The notes beneath the pieces were generated by a model. It had not been told where the DNA came from. It made no database searches and saw nothing but the letters and a program-made list of their open reading frames with translations. The position numbers and the translations under genes were made by a program. A stretch of 59,133 nucleotides of DNA from Bacteroidales bacterium. GTDB taxonomy: Bacteria > Bacteroidota > Bacteroidia > Bacteroidales > UBA4417. Location of the stretch: contig JBBQGD010000002.1 in the NCBI GenBank assembly GCA_038322655.1, positions 1-59,133 on the forward strand, given 5' to 3'. How positions within the stretch are numbered: position 1 is the first letter of the stretch; each line of letters begins with the position of its first letter. Of the stretch, positions 30,119-38,109 are shown in pieces.

Positions 30119-31210
30119 ATGAAAATCATAACTAAATTATCCATACCGGTCTTAATGCTATTACTGGCAGCAAGCTGCCAGAAAGGCATAGACCCGATTA
30201 CTGCAGTTGCACCCGGTCCGGATACAGAAGTGCCGGTAGTTAAAATAAACTACCCTACTGATGTTACTTTGATAAGGGATGATGCTCCATCTGTGCCTAT
30301 TAAAATTCAGGTTGAAGCGTCAGATGATATTGAGCTTACATCCATTGTCCTCACTTTGGATGGAACCCAGATTACATCGTTTAATAGTTTCATCGATTAT
30401 CGCAGGGCTGTTGAATCCTATATTTACGATGGAATTACTGATGGCGTGCATGAACTTACGGCTACAGCTACTGACCTTTCAGGGAAAACAAGCTCAGTTT
30501 CTGTTCATTTTACCAAAACAACACCCTACCATCCAATTTATGACGGAGAGGTTTTTTATATGCCTTTCGACGGGGATTTTATAGAACAAGTTAACAACAT
30601 TCAACCAGACTCAGTGATTGGCACCCCAGGTTTTGTTGATGGAAAAATCGGGAAAGCCTATGTTGGATTTCCTAATTCCTATATTGGTTTCAAAACCTCT
30701 AGTTTACCAGGTATACCGGGAACTGAGTTTAGCCTGGCTTTCTGGTATAATTTGAAGGCGGGGCAACCACCGGATGATAGAGCTGGAATTCTTGAAATAT
30801 GTCGTCCCTATGCAGTGTTTAACGATTCTACAAGGTATAAAGGTTTCAGATTATTCCGTGAAGCAAATGGCACCAAACAAAATATCTCAATTAATTTTGG
30901 TTTGGGAACGGCTGAAGTATGGTCATTAAGTCCTTCTACAACCATTGAACAAACAGGTAACTGGATACACATTGCAGTATCATTTTCAGCCACAAACGCA
31001 ACAGTATATGTTGATAATCAAGTTGCTAAAACTATATCCTTAGCCGGGCCGATTGATTGGACCGATTGTAATTACCTTTCCATTATGTCAGGAAGGCCAT
31101 ATTTTGCGTATTGGTCTCATTTGTCGGATATGAGTAATATGGATGAATTACGTATTTTTAATAAAGCAATAACTGCAGATGAAGTTTCACAACTTTATTC
31201 TGCAAAATAA
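30119..31210 (+). CDS. Surface lipoprotein with an Ig-like domain plus a LamG / concanavalin-A-like lectin domain (candidate surface glycan-binding protein)
   Basis: Lipobox (LLAASCQKG). The C-terminus ...MDELRIFNKAITADEVSQLY is the usual end of Laminin_G_3 domains. It sits in the position typical of PUL SGBPs, directly after susD. Confidence 0.6.
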   Translation: MKIITKLSIPVLMLLLAASCQKGIDPITAVAPGPDTEVPVVKINYPTDVTLIRDDAPSVPIKIQVEASDDIELTSIVLTLDGTQITSFNSFIDYRRAVESYIYDGITDGVHELTATATDLSGKTSSVSVHFTKTTPYHPIYDGEVFYMPFDGDFIEQVNNIQPDSVIGTPGFVDGKIGKAYVGFPNSYIGFKTSSLPGIPGTEFSLAFWYNLKAGQPPDDRAGILEICRPYAVFNDSTRYKGFRLFREANGTKQNISINFGLGTAEVWSLSPSTTIEQTGNWIHIAVSFSATNATVYVDNQVAKTISLAGPIDWTDCNYLSIMSGRPYFAYWSHLSDMSNMDELRIFNKAITADEVSQLYSAK

Positions 31211-31395
31211 CCTGGTTGATTGAGTGTTTGGATTGGAAAGGGGGATTTGATTTATCACTTCCCTCTTTCTTACTTAACTAAATTCAGATAATCTATTCCT
31301 TCTTTATTAAAATACTGGCATAAACTTTTCAAAAATTCCGGAATTTGTTTTACCGGAACATCACGCAACCTGTATCTCAATAAAATTATACTGCA

Positions 31396-33366
31396 ATGAA
31401 GTCAATTTCCCCTTACATTATTTTTATTTTACTAACTCTTAATTGGGCTTGTAAAAAAGACACTCAGGAAGTTGGCTCACTCAAAATTTCCTCTTGTGCG
31501 GCGAACGACAAAGTACTAAGTAATTCATCTCAGACTGCTGATGTTGCAGTAGATGCAGACTTTGTTCTCAAATTCACTGCTGCTGTCGATAGTAATACTG
31601 TGAAAAATAATATTTTAATCAAGGACAAAGATAACGTTATCGTTCCGGATATCTATTTCAGGTTTGCAGACGGGTATAAAACTGTCACAATCAAAACCTT
31701 TAAGGATCTGAATCTGAAACAGCAGTATACACTTTATGTTCTGAAAACCCTCACAGGAAGTAAAGGAGAAACCTTTACAGAAACCAGCTTTGTATTTACT
31801 ACTGTAAGTGGCTCGTTTATATTGAATTCGATTTCGCTGGAAAACCAGAATTTCATGACACCCCTGCATGTATACAATGTACATGTGGAAGGATCAGTGC
31901 TGAAACTTGAATTTTCAGACCCAGTTGACACAACAAATATTAAATCAAAGTTTACTGTGGAAGGCAATGCCGTTTATAATGTTGCACTAAGCAACTCCGA
32001 CAGATCCATTCAGTTGGAATGCACTCAAAAGCTGCAGGGTTATACCAAATACTCTTTCACCATATCTACTACGCTTAAGTCGAAAGTTGGAACTAAATAC
32101 GAAGGATTCAGTAATTGGTTCTCCACAGCTTTAGATTCTACTCTCAAATTCCCGTTAATCACTGACGACGAATTATTGACACTCATACAGCGCCAGACCT
32201 TCAAATACTTTTATGATTATGCTCATCCGACAAGCGGCATGGCCCGCGAACGCTATTCATCGGGCAACACAGTAACAACAGGAGGATCAGGCTTCGGGGT
32301 TATGGCCCTGATTGTAGGAATGGATCGTGGTTTTATTACACGCCAGCAGGGAACAGACCATTTAACCAAAATAATCAGTTTCCTCGAAACTGCCGATCGT
32401 TTTCATGGAGCCTGGTCGCATTGGATTGATGGCAGTACAGGTAAAGTGATTCCATTTGGCGATAACGATAATGGCGGCGACCTGGTTGAGACTGCCTTCA
32501 TGGCACAGGGCCTGATAGCCATGCGTCAATACCTTAATCCGGCCACGCCTGCAGAAAACAGCCTGATTACCAGGATAAATGCATTGTACGACGGTATCGA
32601 GTGGGACTGGTACAGACGTAGCGGTCAAAATGTGCTGTACTGGCACTGGTCGCCTGATAAGGGATGGATTATGAATTTCCCCCTCCATGGCTATAACGAA
32701 ACGTTGATCACCTACATCATGGCGGCGGGTTCACCTACTCACTCTATACCCAAAGTAGTTTATACTGAGGGTTTTGCCAGGAACGGAGGAATAATTAACG
32801 GAAAAACATTCTATGGATATAGGTTACCATTGGGAAATGATTATGGTGGCCCTTTATTTTTTGCCCATTATTCATTCCTGGGTCTGGATCCGCGAAACTT
32901 ATCGGACGCCTACGCGAATTACTCGGAACAAAATGTTAACCATTCGCTGATTAACTGGCAGTATTGTGTAACAAATCCTAAAAAATGGCCTAATTATAAT
33001 GCTTATTGCTGGGGATTAACTGCCAGCGATATCCCGAACGGTTATACGGCCAGCAGTCCGACAAATGATGTTGGCGTTATTGCACCTACAGCCGCTGTTT
33101 CTTCACTTCCTTATACTCCTGAAAAATCAATGAATGCCATCCGGTACTTTTACTATATTGCAGGTGATCGTTTATGGGGTGAGTATGGATTTTATGATGC
33201 GTTTGATGTCAGCGAAAATTGGTGGGCCAGTTCCTACCTGGCCATCGACCAGGGACCCGAAATAGTAATGATAGAAAACTACCGGACCGGGCTGATATGG
33301 GATCTTTTCATGAGTGCGCCGGAAGTGCAAGCAGGGCTGACCAAATTAGGTTTCAGCTACAAATAA
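31396..33366 (+). CDS. GH144-like endo-beta-1,2-glucanase candidate, lipoprotein with N-terminal Ig-like domains
   Basis: Lipobox (LNWACKKD). About 250 aa of Ig-like repeats, then the catalytic-type region: QRQTFKYFYDYAHP.SG, TTGGSGFG, DNGGDLVETAF, LAIDQGPEIVMIENYRTGLIW. I recognise these as the putative-glucoamylase / GH144 family. Confidence 0.75.
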   Translation: MKSISPYIIFILLTLNWACKKDTQEVGSLKISSCAANDKVLSNSSQTADVAVDADFVLKFTAAVDSNTVKNNILIKDKDNVIVPDIYFRFADGYKTVTIKTFKDLNLKQQYTLYVLKTLTGSKGETFTETSFVFTTVSGSFILNSISLENQNFMTPLHVYNVHVEGSVLKLEFSDPVDTTNIKSKFTVEGNAVYNVALSNSDRSIQLECTQKLQGYTKYSFTISTTLKSKVGTKYEGFSNWFSTALDSTLKFPLITDDELLTLIQRQTFKYFYDYAHPTSGMARERYSSGNTVTTGGSGFGVMALIVGMDRGFITRQQGTDHLTKIISFLETADRFHGAWSHWIDGSTGKVIPFGDNDNGGDLVETAFMAQGLIAMRQYLNPATPAENSLITRINALYDGIEWDWYRRSGQNVLYWHWSPDKGWIMNFPLHGYNETLITYIMAAGSPTHSIPKVVYTEGFARNGGIINGKTFYGYRLPLGNDYGGPLFFAHYSFLGLDPRNLSDAYANYSEQNVNHSLINWQYCVTNPKKWPNYNAYCWGLTASDIPNGYTASSPTNDVGVIAPTAAVSSLPYTPEKSMNAIRYFYYIAGDRLWGEYGFYDAFDVSENWWASSYLAIDQGPEIVMIENYRTGLIWDLFMSAPEVQAGLTKLGFSYK

Positions 33367-33468
33367 AAGTCTTAATCGCTTAAATAAAATCTCTTTTTAT
33401 TTGGGTCAGGATATTTTTATAAATACGGAAATCCAAAACAAGAATTAATTTCTAAGGAGGAAAACGAT

Positions 33469-34866
33469 ATGAAAAACCGGATAATGCTCAGCAATTTATT
33501 ATTACTTGTCCTTTTCATAAGTGTTTCAGGTTGTGCCCAGTCGCAGCAACAGGCATTCAAATCCTACGGGAAAATAAATTATCCGGCTACATCTGATGAA
33601 ATAGCAATGCTTGATTCCATCCAGTATAAGACCTTTCTTTACTTTTTAAATGAGCATAGTCCTGATAAGGGAATTGTGAAGGACCGCGCTGCAGCATGGG
33701 CTCCTGCAAGCATAGCAGCAACCGGTTTCGGAATCCCTTCCTTTGCTATAGGAGTTGAGAGAAATTGGATTACACGCAAACAGGCTGCTGACATTACCCT
33801 GAATATTCTGAAATTCTTTGCCTATTCCGTTCAGAGTACTGATACCAATGCCACAGGATATAAAGGATTTTATTACCATTTCCTGCGCATAAATTCAGGC
33901 ACGAGAGAATGGAAATGCGAACTTTCATCTATAGATACAGGCTTACTGATGATGGGTATCATTTTTGCCCGGAATTATTACAATCTGGATGATGAAACAG
34001 AGGAACAGATTCGATCGCTTGCAGCAACACTATTAGAACGAATGGATTGGAAGTTTATGCAAATGTCGGCAACTGCCAAACATCCCAATGCATTATCCAT
34101 GGCCTGGACTCCGGAACAAGGATTGCTCAACCACGGTTGGAGCGGGTACAACGAAGGACTTTTTCTTTATATCCTGGCTGCCGGAACCGGCATGGAAGAT
34201 GTGAACCGGAGTTTTGATTCATGGCTTTCAACGTATGAATGGAAAACACCTTATAAAGGACTTTCACATGTAGCATTCCCCCCTTTGTTCGGACACCAGT
34301 TTTCGCAGGCATTTATCGACTTCCGCGGCCTGGGCGATAAATATATGAAGGAAAAAGGGATTGATTACTTCGAAAACTCAAGGCGGGCAACCTATGTTCA
34401 GCGCCGGTATGCTAGTGATAATCCAAAAGGATGGATCGGTTATGATTCGCTTTGCTGGGGCATTACCGCATGCGACGGGCCTGGTGGTGAATACAATTTT
34501 GGCAACAAAAAATTTGAAGGTTATGCCGGCAGAGGTACCAGCGGACCTGATTTTACTATCGCTGAAGATGGCACAATTGCTCCATACGGTTCTCTTTCTT
34601 CATTGCCATTTGCTCCCGAAATTGTTTTCCCAACTATAAAATCGATGAATAAAAAGTACGGTTCAAAAATATGGGGCAAATACGGTTATTACGACTCATT
34701 CAATCTTACTGCAAAATGGGTGGATAGCGATTTCCTTGGTATAGATGAAGGCCCGATGCTTATTATGATTGAAAATTTCAGGACCGGGTTGGTATGGAAT
34801 TATGTTATGAAAGACCCTGTCATTCAGAAAGGATTGGACAAACTAGGTTTTGCGTATATAAAATAA
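33469..34866 (+). CDS. Divergent GH144-related (DUF3131-like) lipoprotein
   Basis: Lipobox (SVSGCAQS). Shares the family ends (IQYKTFLYFLNEHSP, ATGFG, LGIDEGPMLIMIENFRTGLVWN) but the central acidic motif differs. Unusually for this segment, it is preceded by AGGAGG 8 nt before the ATG. Confidence 0.6.
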   Translation: MKNRIMLSNLLLLVLFISVSGCAQSQQQAFKSYGKINYPATSDEIAMLDSIQYKTFLYFLNEHSPDKGIVKDRAAAWAPASIAATGFGIPSFAIGVERNWITRKQAADITLNILKFFAYSVQSTDTNATGYKGFYYHFLRINSGTREWKCELSSIDTGLLMMGIIFARNYYNLDDETEEQIRSLAATLLERMDWKFMQMSATAKHPNALSMAWTPEQGLLNHGWSGYNEGLFLYILAAGTGMEDVNRSFDSWLSTYEWKTPYKGLSHVAFPPLFGHQFSQAFIDFRGLGDKYMKEKGIDYFENSRRATYVQRRYASDNPKGWIGYDSLCWGITACDGPGGEYNFGNKKFEGYAGRGTSGPDFTIAEDGTIAPYGSLSSLPFAPEIVFPTIKSMNKKYGSKIWGKYGYYDSFNLTAKWVDSDFLGIDEGPMLIMIENFRTGLVWNYVMKDPVIQKGLDKLGFAYIK

Positions 34867-34878
34867 ATTTACCTGGCC

Positions 34879-37800
34879 ATGAAAAATTTAATATGCAAGT
34901 GTATTTTGGCAATCCTCTTGTTACTCTCAGCCAGCATTATAAAAGCCCAGGTTAAAACACTCGACGACTTTGAAACCAAAAATGGCTGGAATTTTATCAA
35001 ATCCGATGGCGTTAATCTTAATTTATCCATTGAAAAAGGAATATCAGGCAATGCAATCCGTTTCGATTATGATTTTACCCACGGAACCGGTTATGGTGGC
35101 ATACAGAAACTTTTCCCGATTGACCTTCCGGATAATTACGAATTTACCTTTTATTTGAAGGCTGATTCACCTGCCAACAACTTGGAAATCAAATTTATCG
35201 ACAGCACTGGTAATAATGTGTGGTGGATCAGTAACCGCAATTATGACTTCCCTACAACCTGGAAAAAGATCACCATCAAAAAACGAAATATCAGTTTTGC
35301 CTGGGGACCAACAAATGATCAAAATTTAAAACGAATTGACCGGATTGAATTCACTATAGCATCTTTTGTTGGCGGCAAAGGTACTATCTGGCTTGATAAT
35401 CTGAAATTTGAAAAGCTTCCGCCCGAAACACAATCCTACCCAAAACCATCAGTCCAGGCTACATCTTCGATAAAAAATCATCCTTCCGAATTTATAACTG
35501 ATAAATCAGATAATACTTTCTGGCAAAGTCAAGGTGTCAAAGATCAGAGTTTGGTTGTTGATTTTAAAGCCCGTAGGGAATTTGGCGGCTTACAGATCAA
35601 CTGGCTGAAAGATAGTTACGCTCAAAATTTCGATATTTTTTTATCAAACGATGCAAAGAACTGGGAAAAAGTCTATTCCGTTCAGTCCAACCAAAGCGAT
35701 GTAAGTTTTATCAGGCTGCCTGAAGCCGAAGCTAAATTTATTAAGCTGAATTTTACTAAAAGCAATGCTGCAAATGGAATTGGCATCATTGAAATAAAAT
35801 TCCTGGATATAAAAAATTCCCTGACAAAGAATGATTTCCTGATTTACAGCGCTAAAAATTCGCCGATAGGTGACTTACCCAGGTACTTCCTGGAACAGGC
35901 ATCGTATTGGACCATTACCGGAGTAAATAATGATGTTAAGGAAGCCATGATCAACGAAGACGGAATGGTTGAAGTGGACAAAGCCCAATTCTCGATTGAG
36001 CCAATGATTAAAACCAGTGATTCTGTTTACAACTGGAGTAATGTTAAAGCTGTACAAACTTTAGGATCTCCGGAAAATAAAAGAGATTTTGTGTTTGTGC
36101 CGACAGTTACCTGGCAGATAAAAGATCTGAAATTTGCGACCAGAATTACAGCGACCGGAAAAGCAAATAAAAACTCGAAGCTTGATATCGGCTATTCCTT
36201 TAAAAACGAATCAGATAAGCCACAGGATTTTGAGTTTTATCTTTTAATCAGGCCTTACCAGGTTGATCCCTATTACCAGTTCCTTAATCTTACCGGCGGC
36301 GCCGGAAAAATAAAATCCATCAGTGAAGAAGACGGCAGCTATTTGGCTGTTGATGATAAGGTTATACTCTTTCAAAATAAATACGACACGTTCGGTGCAA
36401 GCAATTCGGATGAGGGAAATATTGTTGATATGGTTCGCAAAGGGAAATTACCTTCGGAAAAATCAGTTGTCGATCAAAACAGCCTGGCAAACGGAGTTGT
36501 AAAATATTCGTTACATCTGAATCCGGGAGAACAAACCGAAATCTTTGTTGCAATTCCTTTTTATGGCAAAAACACGCCGGATGGTAAACTCATCGTTGAA
36601 AATACAGCTGATGAATTCAACAAATCAATAGCCTTCTGGAAGTCAGAAGTTGATCATATCAGGTTTAACCTGCCTGAGTCGGCCGACAGGATTGTAAATA
36701 CATACAAATCAAACCTGGCATACATACTGGTAAACAGGGATAATGCAGGTATTCAGCCCGGCTCGCGTTCGTACGAGCGCAGCTGGATCCGCGATGGCGC
36801 CTTAACATCATCGGCACTGTTGAAATCCGGTATTGTACCCGAAGTAAAAGACTTTATTAACTGGTATACTTCATTTCAATATAAAAACGGGAAAGTCCCT
36901 TGTGTGGTTGATCATCGCGGCCCTGATCCGGTTCCCGAAAACGACAGCCATGGGGAAATGATTTACCTGCTTCGCGAATATTTCAACTTTACGCACGACA
37001 CAGCTTTCCTCCGTTCAAAAAATGAACATGTATTAAAAGCAGTCGAATACATTGAATCATTGATTGCCCAGCGATCAACTGATGAGTATAAAAACGGAAA
37101 TGATAGTATGCGTGCTTTTTACGGACTGGTTCCCGAATCCATAAGCCACGAAGGATATTCAGCCAAACCCATGCACTCGTACTGGGATGATTTCTTTACG
37201 TTGAAAGGGTTAAAGGACGCAACCGAAATACAGAAAATACTGGGTGAGACAACAAATCATGAACGGGTAAAGAAGATCCACGATACGTTCAGCGGAAACC
37301 TTTACCATTCACTGGAACTCGCCATGAAATTGAGAAAAATCGATTACATACCAGGTTGCGTGGAACTTGGTGATTTTGATGCAACATCAACAACAATTGC
37401 ATTAACGCCCTGCAATGAGCTGAATAAACTTCCGAAGCCGCAGGTATACAACACATTCGACAAATATTATGAATTTTTCAAAAACCGGAGAGACGGCAAA
37501 TTGGATTGGATTAATTACACCCCTTACGAAAACAGGCTAATAGGATCATTTATCATTTTAGATCAACCGGAACGGGCACATGAACTGATAAAATTTTTCC
37601 TGCACGATCAGCGCCCGCAAGGATGGAACGATTGGGCCGAAGTGGTATGGAAAGATTACCGGCATCCAGGGTATGTAGGAGATATGCCGCATACATGGGT
37701 TGGCAGCGATTTTATTAATGCTATCCGCTCCATGTTTGTTTATGAAAATGAATGGGACCAATCACTTGTATTAGCTTCGGCACTTTACCAGGATTGGATT

Positions 37801-38061
37801 GATGCACCCCAGGGAATGTCAGTTGAAAATCTGCCAACTTACTATGGAGAGATTTCATATTCCATATTAAAGGAAAGCGACAAGTATCGTTTTTCAATAC
37901 GTGGCGACCTGAAACTTCCGGCTAACGGCATAAAAATCAAAAACTACAATGGCTCAAAACTTCCTGTAAAAGTAGTCGTTAACGGGAATGAAATAAAAGA
38001 CTTTAATAATAAGGAAATTACGGTAAAAGAGATTCCGGCAGAAGTTGTTATTTATTATTAG
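34879..38061 (+). CDS. Secreted multidomain protein: N-terminal beta-sandwich, F5/8-type-C (discoidin) domain, large C-terminal putative (alpha/alpha)6 glycosidase-like domain; family unassigned
   Basis: 1060 aa with a Sec signal (SASIIKAQ). Discoidin-type segment (FITDKSDNTFWQSQ...GIGIIEIKF). The C-terminal half contains YERSWIRDGALTSSALL, reminiscent of the W-x-R-D motif of clan GH-L enzymes. No confident family recognised. Confidence 0.55.
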   Translation: MKNLICKCILAILLLLSASIIKAQVKTLDDFETKNGWNFIKSDGVNLNLSIEKGISGNAIRFDYDFTHGTGYGGIQKLFPIDLPDNYEFTFYLKADSPANNLEIKFIDSTGNNVWWISNRNYDFPTTWKKITIKKRNISFAWGPTNDQNLKRIDRIEFTIASFVGGKGTIWLDNLKFEKLPPETQSYPKPSVQATSSIKNHPSEFITDKSDNTFWQSQGVKDQSLVVDFKARREFGGLQINWLKDSYAQNFDIFLSNDAKNWEKVYSVQSNQSDVSFIRLPEAEAKFIKLNFTKSNAANGIGIIEIKFLDIKNSLTKNDFLIYSAKNSPIGDLPRYFLEQASYWTITGVNNDVKEAMINEDGMVEVDKAQFSIEPMIKTSDSVYNWSNVKAVQTLGSPENKRDFVFVPTVTWQIKDLKFATRITATGKANKNSKLDIGYSFKNESDKPQDFEFYLLIRPYQVDPYYQFLNLTGGAGKIKSISEEDGSYLAVDDKVILFQNKYDTFGASNSDEGNIVDMVRKGKLPSEKSVVDQNSLANGVVKYSLHLNPGEQTEIFVAIPFYGKNTPDGKLIVENTADEFNKSIAFWKSEVDHIRFNLPESADRIVNTYKSNLAYILVNRDNAGIQPGSRSYERSWIRDGALTSSALLKSGIVPEVKDFINWYTSFQYKNGKVPCVVDHRGPDPVPENDSHGEMIYLLREYFNFTHDTAFLRSKNEHVLKAVEYIESLIAQRSTDEYKNGNDSMRAFYGLVPESISHEGYSAKPMHSYWDDFFTLKGLKDATEIQKILGETTNHERVKKIHDTFSGNLYHSLELAMKLRKIDYIPGCVELGDFDATSTTIALTPCNELNKLPKPQVYNTFDKYYEFFKNRRDGKLDWINYTPYENRLIGSFIILDQPERAHELIKFFLHDQRPQGWNDWAEVVWKDYRHPGYVGDMPHTWVGSDFINAIRSMFVYENEWDQSLVLASALYQDWIDAPQGMSVENLPTYYGEISYSILKESDKYRFSIRGDLKLPANGIKIKNYNGSKLPVKVVVNGNEIKDFNNKEITVKEIPAEVVIYY

Positions 38062-38109
38062 CCGTCGTTTCGCATGTTAATCAAATCAGTATAAATCCAG
38101 GGCAACTTT

